Shown here: positions 7,679 to 17,796 of the stretch, one piece after another
How the letters are laid out: the number at the start of each line of letters is the position of its first letter
Numbering within the stretch: position 1 is the first letter of the stretch
Assembly: GCA_963826115.1 (NCBI GenBank)
Contig: CAWGVS010000011.1
Location: 32,001 to 96,000, forward strand
Source of the DNA: an uncultured Candidatus Rokubacteria bacterium
GTDB lineage: Bacteria > Methylomirabilota > Methylomirabilia > Rokubacteriales > DASRDR01
Reading direction: 5' to 3'
Length of the DNA: 64,000 nucleotides
Made by a program: the position numbers and the translations under genes
Notes under the pieces: model-generated
Seen by the model: the letters and a program-made list of their open reading frames with translations, nothing else
Told to the model about the DNA's origin: nothing
Database searches by the model: none

Positions 7679-9232
7679 TCACGCGTCGCGGTCGATGGTG
7701 GCGCGCGGGCGGCTGTCGCGGTCCAGGAAGTAGTTGATCCAGGAGCTCGTGCCCCGGAGGGCGCGGTCCGGCGGGGGCACGAGGGTCAACAGCTCTCGCT
7801 CCCGTCCGGCCGCGCGGGCGCGCGCGTGCATGCCGACCCACACGCAGGGCTGGTCGGCGACCTCGCAGCGCCCGAGGTGGGTGCCGCCGCACGGCCCGTT
7901 CCGGAGCCGCTTCGGGCAGGTCTCCGGGCAGACGTACTCGAGGTGGCCGAGCACGCAGTTGCCGCACGCCTGGCACCCGAACAGCGGCCGCTTGACCGCC
8001 AGCTCGAGCCGCTCGACCGCCTGGGCCACGGCGGGCCGCCGGTCCGCCCAGGCGGCGACTCGGGCGAGCGCGCGCCGGAGAGCCGTGTCCCGCGTCACCG
8101 GGAGGAGCCGGCCGAGCCCGTCGAGGAAGCGGGCGATCCCGCGGCGCCACGACCCTTCCTCGTCCGTCGCCACCGCGAGGCGGTGGGTGCCCGGGACGGG
8201 CTGCGGCCCGGCCGCTCCCGCTTCTGGAGCCGCCACGCGGCTGGCGGGCCGGTCGTAGAGGTAAAAGCCACCCGCAAGCCCGTAGCGGAGCTCCTGCGCC
8301 AGCTCCTCCCAGCGCGGGGCCAGGTCGCGCGCGCGCCGGATGATCCACGCGACGTGGTCGGCGTCGTGCGTGCCGCCCAGGTACGCCCCCGCGTAGCCGA
8401 GCCCCCGGAGTACGGCGACCGTGCGCGCCGCCCGCTCGAGGCGGGCCCGGAGCCCGCCGTCCTTCGCGCGCGCCTCCTGGCGCACTGTTTCGAGGAGCTC
8501 CGGCGACACCCAGCATCCCGGCGGCTCGCCGCGGGCCATCCGCTCGGCGGCGCGAGGGCCGAGGACGTACACGTTGCCGAGGAGAGGGATCCGGAGGCTC
8601 TTCTCGTCGACGTACCGGCGGAGCTCGCGGAACTTCTCGGCGTCCCACCCCACCTGCGTGATCGCGCAGTCGGCTCCCGCCGCCACCTTCTTCTCGAGCT
8701 TCAGGTACTGCCAGACGCAGTCCCCCTCGACGTACTTGAAGGGCGAGACCGCGACGGCGACGTGGAGCCGCCGACCGGCGCGGCGCCGCTCATGGATCAT
8801 CCGCACGAGGTGGACGGAGTCGACGTCGAAGACCGGCGACTCCGGCGGGGGACCGCCGGGACGCGGACGGGGCCAGTCCCCGGTCAGCGCGAAGACGTTC
8901 TCGATGCCGAGCGCCTGCAGGTCCTCGATCGTCTTCCGGAGGCCCGCGCGGTCCTGGCCGACGCATGTGACGTGGATGTTGGGCGTGAGCCCCCGGGCCC
9001 GCGCGGCGGTGCCCACCCGCATCGGGTCGTGCCCCATCGCGCCGCCCGCGTAGCTCGTGATGCTGCCCGCCACGACGTCGGGCACCCGCGCGAGCCGGGA
9101 CGCCACCTCGAGGAGCTTCGCCTCGCGCTGGAGGCCGGACGCGACCAGCTCGACGACGTAGCAGAAGCGGCCCGCGCCGAGGGCGTCGGCCAGCGGGTTC
9201 GCGGCGAGCGGTTGTTCGGGCTCCGGAGTCAC
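7679..9232 (-). CDS. metF: Methylenetetrahydrofolate reductase with C-terminal Cys-rich MTHFR_C (MetV-like) domain
   Basis: ALTGD, KKVAAGADCAITQ; C-terminal CQACGNC...CPETCPKRLRNGPCGG...CEV...CVW. Confidence 0.85.
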   Translation of the reverse strand: MTPEPEQPLAANPLADALGAGRFCYVVELVASGLQREAKLLEVASRLARVPDVVAGSITSYAGGAMGHDPMRVGTAARARGLTPNIHVTCVGQDRAGLRKTIEDLQALGIENVFALTGDWPRPRPGGPPPESPVFDVDSVHLVRMIHERRRAGRRLHVAVAVSPFKYVEGDCVWQYLKLEKKVAAGADCAITQVGWDAEKFRELRRYVDEKSLRIPLLGNVYVLGPRAAERMARGEPPGCWVSPELLETVRQEARAKDGGLRARLERAARTVAVLRGLGYAGAYLGGTHDADHVAWIIRRARDLAPRWEELAQELRYGLAGGFYLYDRPASRVAAPEAGAAGPQPVPGTHRLAVATDEEGSWRRGIARFLDGLGRLLPVTRDTALRRALARVAAWADRRPAVAQAVERLELAVKRPLFGCQACGNCVLGHLEYVCPETCPKRLRNGPCGGTHLGRCEVADQPCVWVGMHARARAAGRERELLTLVPPPDRALRGTSSWINYFLDRDSRPRATIDRDA

Positions 9233-9278
9233 GGGATCACCCGATCCGGCGGGCTCGACGGGAGGGGCCCGCCCGGGA

Positions 9279-10286
9279 TCAGGCGCCCAGCTCGGCCCGC
9301 ACGAGCCGCGCGCCCTCGACCATCGCGACGAGCTTCGCGAAGGCGACGTCGCGCGGGAGGTGCATGAGGCCGCAGTCCGGGTTGACGGCCAGGCTCTTGG
9401 CGGGCACCAGGTCGAGGGCGGCCCGGATCCGCTCGGCCACGACGGCGGCCGTCTCGATGTCGTGGCTCTTGACGTCCACGACGCCGAGCCCGAGCGTGAA
9501 CTGGGGATCGAAATCCTTGAAGAGGCGGACGTCGTCCTCGCCCCGGCGCGCGAACTCGAGCGTCAGCTGGTTGATGCGCGCGTCGAGGATCGCCGGGAAC
9601 AGGTACCGGTAGCTGCCCTCCCAGGACGGCTTGCCGTAGCGGTTGCCGTAGCACACGTGGAGCGACAGGCGCGCGTCCACGCCCTCGACGAGGGCGTTGA
9701 GGGCCCGCACCGCCCAGGGGATGTCCTCGGGAAACCCCGAGTAGTACGGCTCGTCGATCTGGATGTCCGTGGCCCCCGCCCGGGCGAGCTCGCGGAGCTC
9801 GATGTTCATGACGCGGGCGATGTCGAGGGCGAGGGCTTCCTCGCTCGGGTAGTACTCGTTCCGGATGCGCTTGACGAGCGAGAGCGGGCCGGTGACCGAC
9901 ACCTTGGTGCGGCGCTCGGTGTAGCGTCGGAGGAAGCGGAACTCCTCGACCAGGCCCAGCGAGCCGGTCGGCAGGCGTCCCCGGACGGCGGCGTCGTAGA
10001 AGTCGTAGTAGAACTTCTTCGAGGTGTGGTCGATCTGCACGCCGGGGAGCCGGGTCGTGAAGTGGTCGATCATGTTGTCCCGGCGCAGCTCTCCATCGGA
10101 CACGATGTCGACGCCCGCCGTCTCCTGGTCCTTGATCGCCGCTTTGACCGCCGCGTCGTGAATCTCCTCGAGGTCGTGCCGGGAGAGACGACGGTGGAGG
10201 TAGTCGTTCTTGGCCCGCTCGAGCCAGCCGGGCATCGAGTAGCTCCCGATGACGGCGGTGAGCAGGACGGGGTCAGGGCGTGACAT
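9279..10286 (-). CDS. Core (catalytic-domain-only) cobalamin-independent methionine synthase-like protein
   Basis: GSY..P, SDGELRR, QIDEP, HVCYGN and NPDCGL Zn ligands; ~335 aa with no N-terminal folate-binding half. Confidence 0.88.
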   Translation of the reverse strand: MSRPDPVLLTAVIGSYSMPGWLERAKNDYLHRRLSRHDLEEIHDAAVKAAIKDQETAGVDIVSDGELRRDNMIDHFTTRLPGVQIDHTSKKFYYDFYDAAVRGRLPTGSLGLVEEFRFLRRYTERRTKVSVTGPLSLVKRIRNEYYPSEEALALDIARVMNIELRELARAGATDIQIDEPYYSGFPEDIPWAVRALNALVEGVDARLSLHVCYGNRYGKPSWEGSYRYLFPAILDARINQLTLEFARRGEDDVRLFKDFDPQFTLGLGVVDVKSHDIETAAVVAERIRAALDLVPAKSLAVNPDCGLMHLPRDVAFAKLVAMVEGARLVRAELGA

Positions 10287-10344
10287 GGGCATGTCTCCAC
10301 TCCACATCGGGCTGCTGCGATGGCCGCGAGGTCAAGGGCCCGCC

Positions 10345-11813
10345 CTATTCCCGCGGGGTCGTGTAGAGGATCGACGTGCGCGATCCCGGACGGTACCGGA
10401 ACGGCGCGAAGTGCACGTCGAACCCGGTCCGCGCGCCGATGGCTCGCAGGAGCGCGCCGTTGACCCAGTTCACGACCGAGCCGTCGAGCTTGCCGGGCCC
10501 CCGGAATCCCTGGCGGTACTCGTGCATGTCCGCGACGAAGATGTCCTGCACCTGGAGGTAGCCGCGCGGGTGGAGGAGGGGCACGGTGTGAACGAAGCTC
10601 TCCGCCGCGCCGCGCGAGAGATGGAAGCGCACGTCGTCGGGCGCCTCGGCCAGAAGGTCCTCGAGGTGGCTCTGGTCGAGGCCGGGCGGCAACGGCACCT
10701 GGGAGACGTCCTCCAGCCCGACGAGCCGCTCCTCCAGGCGCAGCGCGTCCCACGCCGCCCGCCAGAACTCGACGCCGCGCGCGCGGTCGCCGAGCGCTTC
10801 CGGCCCCACGAGGATCAGCTGGTCGAGGAGCCGAGGAAGGTCGCCGGCGGCGCACCCCGCGATCCCCGCGACGCGCGCGGCCGCCTCGCGCGGCAGGTAC
10901 GCGCGCGTCTCGACCAGGTAGAGCCGCCCGTCCCGCCGGACCACCTCGTCGTGAGGCAGGTTGTCGTAGACGTTGGTGAGGTGGATGTAGAGGATCTTGT
11001 ACCGGAGGAAGGAGAGGGTCTTGAGGGGATTCAACGCGTCCATCGGGATGACGCTCACGAGGTCCCGGTGCGTGGAGACGGCGTCCATCGCCCGATCGAG
11101 CGTGGGCAGCGAGTAGTCGCCCAGGAGGAACCGGAGGCGCGGGTAGTAGCTGGTCCCGCGCTCCTCGTCGAGTGCCCGGAACCGGTCGAGCCAGAGCGCG
11201 GCGCGCTGGCCCGAGCCCACGCCGATCTCGAGGGCGAAGACCTCGGGGGGAGCTGGCCCCGCTTCTCGAGGTCCCGCAGGAGCGTCCAGAAATCGGCGAC
11301 CGAGTCCGCCACCGCATCGGGGCGCCTGGCGTCCGATTGCCCGCTGGGAAGCGCCTCCTCGAACCGGCGGCCGGAGGCGGCCTCCCAGTCCCCCACGCGC
11401 TGCCAGAAGAGCCGGTTGAAGCGCCAGATCACGCTGTCGCGTACGGGAGTCCACGTCTCGAGGGCGACTCCGCCCGCCGGGCCTTCCTCGAGCGGGTCCG
11501 CGGCTCCGCGGAGCGCCCGGGCGAGCGTCTCGCCGAGCGTGGCGGGGTCCACGCGGCGAAGGTCCACGGCGAGCTCCGCGAGAGCGAGGGCCCCGCCGGA
11601 CCGGTCGGCGGCGCGGCGGACGAGAACGGGCTCGCGGAAGTTCGCCTTGTACTGGATCCAGTCCAGATGGACCCGCAGGCTCGGCACCAGGCGTGGCTCG
11701 ATGACCCCGTTGGCGACCAGGCCGAGGAGGGTCCGGACGATGTCCGCGCTCCGCTCGGCGAGGATGCCTTGCTCTGGGCCGCCCGGCGGGATGTGATTGA
11801 CGTGGAGGATCAT
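10345..11813 (-). CDS. Uncharacterised SAM-dependent methyltransferase-like protein (frameshift at G-run 11245-11250)
   Basis: MILHVNHI...RGQLPP frame joins the EVFALEIGVGSG...NVYDNLP frame if one base is added; class I SAM motif LEIGVGSG. Confidence 0.7.
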
Positions 11814-12023
11814 CGCGCCTCCAGTGTGGAGAACCCGGGGCGGAGGGTCAAGATTGGTTCCGAGGACGGACTGATTTCGACATGGCGCGCCCTGGCGCTC
11901 GTCCGCGGATGTGTCGGGGCGCGCCGGAGCGTCCACGGAATGGTGCAGGATGGAGCCGAGCGAAGCGGAGGCCATGGACGAAGTCCGTCGCCGAAACCCG
12001 GAGGAACGCTGGGGAGGCCAGGG

Positions 12024-12518
12024 ATGCGAGGGAATCTCGTGGTGGGCGGTCGCTTTCCCGATCTCGAGCTGCCCGATCACCGGCGGCAACCCGCGACGCT
12101 GAGCGGGCTGGCCGACGGGTTTCCGCTGATCGTGTCCTTCTACCGGGGCTACTGGTGACCCAAATGCCAGTGCCAGTTGAGGCACTTGGTCGAGTTCCAG
12201 AACGAGCTCGAAATCAACTACTGCCACCTCGCGGTGATCAGTACCGACCCGCCGGAGATCTCGGCCGCGTTCCGCGCCGGATTGGGCGCCACGTTCACGT
12301 TCCTGAGCGACCATGACCGCCGGGCCGTTCGGGAGCTCGACATCGTGGACGAGACGGACCGGAATCACCCTCGGATCGCGTACCCGTGGAGCTTCTCGAT
12401 TGGGCCGGATCTCGTGATCCACAAGATCTACGACGGCGGCTGGTTCGTGGGTCGCCCGACGCTCGAGGAGCTGCGACAGGACCTGCGCGCGATGATGCTC
12501 GCCTACCACCCGGACTGA
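12024..12518 (+). CDS. AhpC/TSA (peroxiredoxin-like) redoxin selenoprotein, UxxC motif (Sec at TGA 12156-12158)
   Basis: GGAGG RBS; FPDLELPD...FYRGYW-U-PKC continues in frame into AVISTD...FLSD; SECIS-like hairpin follows. Confidence 0.9.
12167..12189 (+). promoter_or_regulatory. Putative SECIS element (redoxin)
   Basis: CCAGTGCC-AGTTGA-GGCACT(T)GG hairpin; loop G is 18 nt after the TGA. Confidence 0.7.
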
Positions 12519-12623
12519 CGCGGCGCCCGATGACGCGGCCGCCCGCATCGGCGAGGTGCTCCGTCGATGCCCTCAGGGTGGCCCGCGCCTCGGGAAGGCG
12601 GCGTGGGTGACGCGGCCGACGGT

Positions 12624-13724
12624 CTAGCGCCAGACCTCGCGCGCGACCTTCGCCACGAGCCCGAGCTTGGCCCACTGGTCGGCCTCGGTGAGGAGGTTGC
12701 CCTCCATGGTCGAGGCGAAGCCGCACTGGGGCGAGAGCGCGAGGTCGTCCAGCGGGACGTAGCGGGCCGCTTCCTGGACGCGCCGCTGGAGGTCGGCGGG
12801 CGACTCGAGGGCGGGCAGCTTGCTCGACACGAGGCCCAGCACGACCGCCTTCCCGCGCGGCACGAATCGGAGCGGCTCGAACGTCCCGGAGCGCACGTCG
12901 TCGTACTCGAGGAGGAAGCGGTCCACCCGGAGCTCGGCGAAGAGCTTCTCGGCGATGGAATCGTACCCGCCCTCGGCATACCAGTGGCTCCGGTTGTTGC
13001 CGCGGCAGAGGTGGATGGCGAGGGTGACGCCCGGGCGGCGCGCTCCCTCGAGGCAGGCGTTGTCCGCGCGCACCGCTTCGTCCAGCGCGGTCTCCGGGTC
13101 CTGCCCCATCTCGGTGCGGATCCACTCGCGCCACTTGGGGTCCATGTAGTAGCTGTAGCGCGGCGCGTCGATCTGGACGTACGCCACGCCGTCGTCGACC
13201 AGGGCCTGCACCTCGGCCTTCAGGACCTTCACGACGTCCCACAGGAAGTCGGACGCTGTCGGGTAGACGCGGTCGGACACGCCCCGCTTGTATGCGATCG
13301 CGGGGAACTGGGTCGCGCTCGGGAGCGTGATCTTGATCGCGCCGGGGCTGTGCTGCTTCATGAACGGGAGCTCGTGTCCGGTGAGCCGTCGGAGCTGCCT
13401 GAGCTTCTGCGTCACGATGCCGGTGACGGCACTCACGTGAGGGGAACCCGTCTTTCCGACCTGCCACATGCGGGCCACCTGGTCGCCGTGGTCGAGACCG
13501 GCCACCGCGTCCCAGAAGTCGCTCATGAAGTTCGAGCGGCGGAGCTCGCCATCGGTGAAGATCTCGAACCCGAGCTCGCGCTGTCGCTGGAGGCTCTCGA
13601 GGATCGCTCGGTCTTCCAGCTCCCGCAGGCGCTCGGGCCGCGTCGTGGGGTCCTTGCGCGCCTCGAGGAGCGCACCCGGGCGCAGGAAGCTTCCGACTTG
13701 GTCGGCACGGTACGGCGCGGTCAT
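12624..13724 (-). CDS. Cobalamin-independent methionine synthase II family protein (YxjH-like)
   Basis: ADQVGSFLRP, TDGELRR, HLCRGN, LEYDD, LSPQCGFAS. Confidence 0.9.
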   Translation of the reverse strand: MTAPYRADQVGSFLRPGALLEARKDPTTRPERLRELEDRAILESLQRQRELGFEIFTDGELRRSNFMSDFWDAVAGLDHGDQVARMWQVGKTGSPHVSAVTGIVTQKLRQLRRLTGHELPFMKQHSPGAIKITLPSATQFPAIAYKRGVSDRVYPTASDFLWDVVKVLKAEVQALVDDGVAYVQIDAPRYSYYMDPKWREWIRTEMGQDPETALDEAVRADNACLEGARRPGVTLAIHLCRGNNRSHWYAEGGYDSIAEKLFAELRVDRFLLEYDDVRSGTFEPLRFVPRGKAVVLGLVSSKLPALESPADLQRRVQEAARYVPLDDLALSPQCGFASTMEGNLLTEADQWAKLGLVAKVAREVWR

Positions 13725-13778
13725 GGCGAGACCTCCTGGGGCCGCGCCCCCGCGGGGCGCCCCGGCGCGTGCGAGTCG

Positions 13779-14213
13779 TCAGGCCTTGGGGGCGGCGCCG
13801 CCCTCGTCCGCCGCGATCTTCTGGATGATCTCCGCCCCGAGGTTCGCGGCCGGCAGGCCCCGGAAGAGGAACGCGAGGCTCACCACGGCCGACAGCTCCT
13901 CCCACGAGGCGCCGGCCCGCCGTGCGGCGATCGCGTGGAGGCGCGCGGCGTCGCCCATCAAGGCGAGCAGGATACCAAACAGCATGAGCTGCGACGTCTT
14001 CACGTCGAAGCAGCTCGGGTACATGGCGCGGAGGCGGGCCGCCTCCTCGAGGCGCAGGAGCTCGGGGTCGAGGCGGGCGAGGAGGTCCGTGCGTGCCGCG
14101 ATCCGAGGGGGGACGAAGCCGATCAGGGTCTCGTACGGGGCACGGATCGCGGCCAGCTCCGCCTCCGACATCGCGTGCGGCGGAAGTGGTCCCGTGTGGT
14201 CCGGCTTCGCCAT
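13779..14213 (-). CDS. Carboxymuconolactone decarboxylase (CMD)-family protein without CxxC
   Basis: FDVKTSQLM...HAIAARRAGASWEEL. Confidence 0.75.
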   Translation of the reverse strand: MAKPDHTGPLPPHAMSEAELAAIRAPYETLIGFVPPRIAARTDLLARLDPELLRLEEAARLRAMYPSCFDVKTSQLMLFGILLALMGDAARLHAIAARRAGASWEELSAVVSLAFLFRGLPAANLGAEIIQKIAADEGGAAPKA

Positions 14214-14292
14214 GGTCTCCATCCTCCCGGGGTCTCGCGCCGGCCTCGGCCGACTCTGGTCCCCGCCCTCCGGAGCGGCCTGGTCGGGGACG

Positions 14293-14351
14293 TGTTGACA
14301 GCAGCAAGCTTGGTTCGCTAGTGTCAAACACCATTCGATCGGATCTGTCAA
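14293..14351. promoter_or_regulatory. Divergent promoter/operator region with repeated TTGACA half-sites
   Basis: TGTTGACA at 14293-14300, inverted TGTCAAACA at 14322-14330 and a second TGTCAA at 14346-14351; AT-rich relative to the surroundings. Confidence 0.55.
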
Positions 14352-14398
14352 GCGGGCGGGCTTCCGCGTGGTGGGTGAGAGGAGTGCGAGGACCAGCG

Positions 14399-15064
14399 GT
14401 GGACGTGGGACGCAGGGTCAGGGAGCTCCGGATTCGGCGCGGCCTGGTCATCGAGGACCTGGCGCGCAAGAGCGGCCTCTCCAAGCCCTACATCAGCCAG
14501 GTCGAGACCGGGAAGGCGTCGCCGTCGCTCCAGACCGTCCAGAAGCTGGCCCAGGCGCTGAGCGTCCCCCTGACGTACCTGTTTCTCGAGGAGGCGTTCG
14601 GATGCCACGTGACCCGTCGCGCGGAGCGTCGGGCCGTGTCGTTCGGAGACCCGGACAAGCTGGTGTCGTTCCTTTCCGCGCCGAACCGCAGCCTCGAGAT
14701 GCTGCTGCTCGAGATCCCGTCGGGATACACGGCGGGCGGACGCACGCACTCTCACGAGGGCGAGGAGTGCCACTGGGTGCTCGACGGCACGATCACGGCC
14801 GTCCAGGGGGACCAGCGGTTCGTGGTCGCGCGGGGGGACAGCTTCCACTGGGACGGCAGCCTGCCCCACCGGATCGAGAACCACGGTCCCGAGGTTGCGC
14901 GGCTGCTGGTCGCCCGGACGCCTCCGGGCTTTCTGAACGTCACCTTTTACGAAGCACGTCCCGACCAGCCGGGAGCGAGCGCCGGCGCCGAGCGCCCGCG
15001 AGGCGGACGCTCGGCGCCGCGGCGGCTGGCGAGGGCTCACCATCAAAAGGGAGGGGCTCAATGA
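14399..15064 (+). CDS. XRE-family HTH regulator with cupin domain
   Basis: LARKSGLSKPYISQVETGKASPS HTH; HSHEGEE...GDSFHWDGSLPH cupin. Confidence 0.9.
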   Translation: MDVGRRVRELRIRRGLVIEDLARKSGLSKPYISQVETGKASPSLQTVQKLAQALSVPLTYLFLEEAFGCHVTRRAERRAVSFGDPDKLVSFLSAPNRSLEMLLLEIPSGYTAGGRTHSHEGEECHWVLDGTITAVQGDQRFVVARGDSFHWDGSLPHRIENHGPEVARLLVARTPPGFLNVTFYEARPDQPGASAGAERPRGGRSAPRRLARAHHQKGGAQ

Positions 15065-16263
15065 CGAGACGAGGATGGGTCCTGAGCGGACTTGCGGCGA
15101 TCGCGGTGGCCGGCTGGCTGGCGTGGCCCGCGGCGGTGGCGGCCCAGACGATCAAGGTCGGGGCGGTTGTGCCCCTGACCGGGCGGTACGCGGCCCCGGG
15201 CGCCCAGGTGCGAACCGGCTACGAGATCGCGATCGAGGACGTGAACCGCGGCGGAGGCGTGACCGTAGGCGGCAAGAAGATGCCGCTCGAACTGGTCCTC
15301 CTGGACGACGAGTCCGACGCGACGAAGACCGTCGCTCGGTACGAGACCCTCGCCGCCGAGGGCGTCACGGTCTACCTGGGGACGTTCGGCTCCGATCTCC
15401 ACGCCGCGGCGGCCTCGGTGGCCGAGAAGAACAAGGTCCCGTACATTGGCGTCGCCTTCGCCCTCCACAAGATCCACGAGCAGGGGTTCCGCTATCTCTT
15501 CTCGCCGTTCTGGAAGTCGCCCGACATCGGTCAGCAGCTGGTCCCGATGCTGAACTCGATCCCGGCCGCCGACCGGCCCAAGAAGGTCGCGCTTTTTCTG
15601 GAGAAGACCGACTGGGGCCGCGAGATGGCCGCGGCGTGGGTGGAGGCGGGCAAGGGTGCGGGGTATGAGGTCGTCGTCCAGGGCGAGTACGCGGTGGGCT
15701 CGAAGGACTACTCCGACCTGATCCTCAAGGCGAAGGCCGCGAATGCCGACGCGATGTTCTCGCTGCCGACCCCTCCGGACGGGATGGCGATGGTCAAGCA
15801 GATGCACGAGCTGGACTTCAACCCGAAGCTCGTGTTCGTCATCCGCGCGCCCGACGCGCCGGTCTGGTCGAAGAACCTGGGGAAGGATGGTGACTACACC
15901 GTCTTCGCTCCGGGCTGGCACAACGCGTTCAAGTATCCCGGGGTGGCCGAGCTGAACGCGGCGCACGTGAAGAAGATCGGGCGCCCCGCCGATCCGATCA
16001 CGGGCCCGGCGTACGCGTGCGTGCAGATCCTCGCCGCGGCGCTGACCAAGGCCGGCGCGGCCGACCGGGAGAAGGTGCGCGACGCGATCGCGGCGACGGA
16101 CATGACGACCGTCATCGGGCCGGTCAAGTTCCGCGCCGACGGTACCGGGATCGTCCAGGGGGCCTTCCTCCAGTGGCAGAACGGCAAGCAGGAGCTCGTC
16201 TGGCCGAAGGAGTTCGCCACGCAGCCGCTGGGCTATCCGGCGCCGCCGTTCTCCAAGCGGTGA
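15061..16263 (+). CDS. Branched-chain amino acid-type ABC transporter substrate-binding protein
   Basis: Signal peptide; IKVGAVVPLTG and LDDESD; LivK-like. Confidence 0.9.
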   Translation: MTRRGWVLSGLAAIAVAGWLAWPAAVAAQTIKVGAVVPLTGRYAAPGAQVRTGYEIAIEDVNRGGGVTVGGKKMPLELVLLDDESDATKTVARYETLAAEGVTVYLGTFGSDLHAAAASVAEKNKVPYIGVAFALHKIHEQGFRYLFSPFWKSPDIGQQLVPMLNSIPAADRPKKVALFLEKTDWGREMAAAWVEAGKGAGYEVVVQGEYAVGSKDYSDLILKAKAANADAMFSLPTPPDGMAMVKQMHELDFNPKLVFVIRAPDAPVWSKNLGKDGDYTVFAPGWHNAFKYPGVAELNAAHVKKIGRPADPITGPAYACVQILAAALTKAGAADREKVRDAIAATDMTTVIGPVKFRADGTGIVQGAFLQWQNGKQELVWPKEFATQPLGYPAPPFSKR

Positions 16264-16303
16264 GGGCGGAGCGAGCCGTCCGGACCTCGTCGTCGCTCCC
16301 CTG

Positions 16304-17071
16304 GTGACATCGACCGCGCCCCTGCTCGCCCTCGAAGGTGTCTCGAAGGCCTTCGCGGGCGTGCAGGCGGTTCGGAGCGTGAGCCTCGAGGTCCCGGCGG
16401 GAGCGGTCGTCGGGATCATGGGGCCGAACGGCTCCGGCAAGACCACGCTGTTCAACCTGATCGCGGGGGCGCTGCGCCCCGACCAGGGGCGCATCCGCCT
16501 CCGTGGTCAGGACGTCACCCGGCTTCCCTCGCACCGCCGGTGCGCGCACGGCGTGGCGCGCACCTTCCAGCACGTGCGGCCGTTTCCGGGTCTCACGGCA
16601 ATCGACAACGTCCTGGTGGGGCTCCTCCACGGGCGCCGGCGGACTCACGGGCGCGACGCCGAGCGCGCCGCGACGCGCTTCCTGGCCCTGGCGGGCCTCG
16701 AGGACAAGGCGCACGTGCCCGGGGCGCGCCTGAGCCTGCTCGAGCGCCGGCGCCTCGAGCTCGCGCGCGCGCTCGCCACCGGCCCGGAGCTCCTCCTGCT
16801 CGACGAGTTCATGGCCGGCCTGACCCCGGCCGAGACCGGGGACGCGATGGCGGTCATCCGCCGGATCCGGGACGAGGGCGTGACCCTCATGCTCGTGGAG
16901 CACATCGTGTGGGCGCTCCTGGACCTCTCGAACCGGATCGTCGTCCTCAGCGCGGGGGAGAAGATCGCCGAGGGCGCCCCGGGCGCGGTGGCGGTGGACC
17001 CGGCCGTCGTCGAGGCATACCTGGGGCGGGAGGGAAGCGGAGGGAGCGCGGGGAGCCGGTCGCGTGCTTGA
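16304..17071 (+). CDS. ABC transporter ATP-binding protein (LivG-like)
   Basis: GPNGSGKTT Walker A, ARTFQ, LLLDE. Confidence 0.92.
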   Translation: MTSTAPLLALEGVSKAFAGVQAVRSVSLEVPAGAVVGIMGPNGSGKTTLFNLIAGALRPDQGRIRLRGQDVTRLPSHRRCAHGVARTFQHVRPFPGLTAIDNVLVGLLHGRRRTHGRDAERAATRFLALAGLEDKAHVPGARLSLLERRRLELARALATGPELLLLDEFMAGLTPAETGDAMAVIRRIRDEGVTLMLVEHIVWALLDLSNRIVVLSAGEKIAEGAPGAVAVDPAVVEAYLGREGSGGSAGSRSRA

Positions 17072-17783
17072 GGTCCGAGACCTCGACGCGACGTACGGAG
17101 AGCTCCGGGCGCTGGTCGGGGTCGGCCTGCAGGTCGGCGCCGACGAGATCGTGGCGCTCGTCGGCTCCAACGGCGCCGGCAAGACGACGCTGCTCCGGTG
17201 CATCACCGGTCTCACGCGCCCGCGCGCCGGCCGGATCCTGTGGCAGGGCCAGGACCTCGTCGGGCTTGCGCCGCACCGCGTGGTCGAGCGCGGCGTCGCG
17301 ATGGTACCCGAGGGCCGCCGGCTCTTCGGGCACATGACGGTCGAGGAGAACCTCTCGCTCGGTGGGTTCAGCGCCCGGGCGCGCCCCGAGCGCCAGGCGA
17401 CCCTCGACCGCATCTACGGGATCTTCCCCCGGCTGGCCGAGCGCCGACGGCAGCGGGCCGGCGCCCTGTCGGGCGGCGAGCAGCAGATGGTGGCGATCGG
17501 ACGGGCGCTCATGACGCGCCCGAGCCTCCTGATCCTGGACGAGCCTTCGCTCGGCCTCGCGCCGCGCGTGGTCGAGCTCGTGCTCGGGGTGCTCGGCGAG
17601 ATCAACCGCGCGGGGGTCGGGGTCTTCCTCGTGGAGCAGAACGTCCGGGCCGCACTCGGCCTGGCCCACCGCGCCTACGTGCTGGAGCAGGGCCGGGTGG
17701 TGGGGCAGGGCCCCAGCGCCGAGATCCTCGCGGATCCCGGCGTGCGCCGCGCGTATCTCGGGCCGCTCGCGGTCGAGCCGTGA
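17064..17783 (+). CDS. ABC transporter ATP-binding protein (LivF-like)
   Basis: GSNGAGKTT, LSGGEQQM, DEPSLGLAP. Confidence 0.92.
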   Translation: MLEVRDLDATYGELRALVGVGLQVGADEIVALVGSNGAGKTTLLRCITGLTRPRAGRILWQGQDLVGLAPHRVVERGVAMVPEGRRLFGHMTVEENLSLGGFSARARPERQATLDRIYGIFPRLAERRRQRAGALSGGEQQMVAIGRALMTRPSLLILDEPSLGLAPRVVELVLGVLGEINRAGVGVFLVEQNVRAALGLAHRAYVLEQGRVVGQGPSAEILADPGVRRAYLGPLAVEP

Positions 17784-17796
17784 CGGTGGGACGGGC

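Noticed and set aside
11814-12023. SAM or cobalamin riboswitch upstream of methionine genes (also checked 44748-44843)
   Set aside because: No recognisable conserved riboswitch core by eye; an Rfam/Infernal scan would be needed to exclude one
13779-14213. Second CMD-family gene as a selenoprotein
   Set aside because: No CxxC/CxxU motif and no internal TGA
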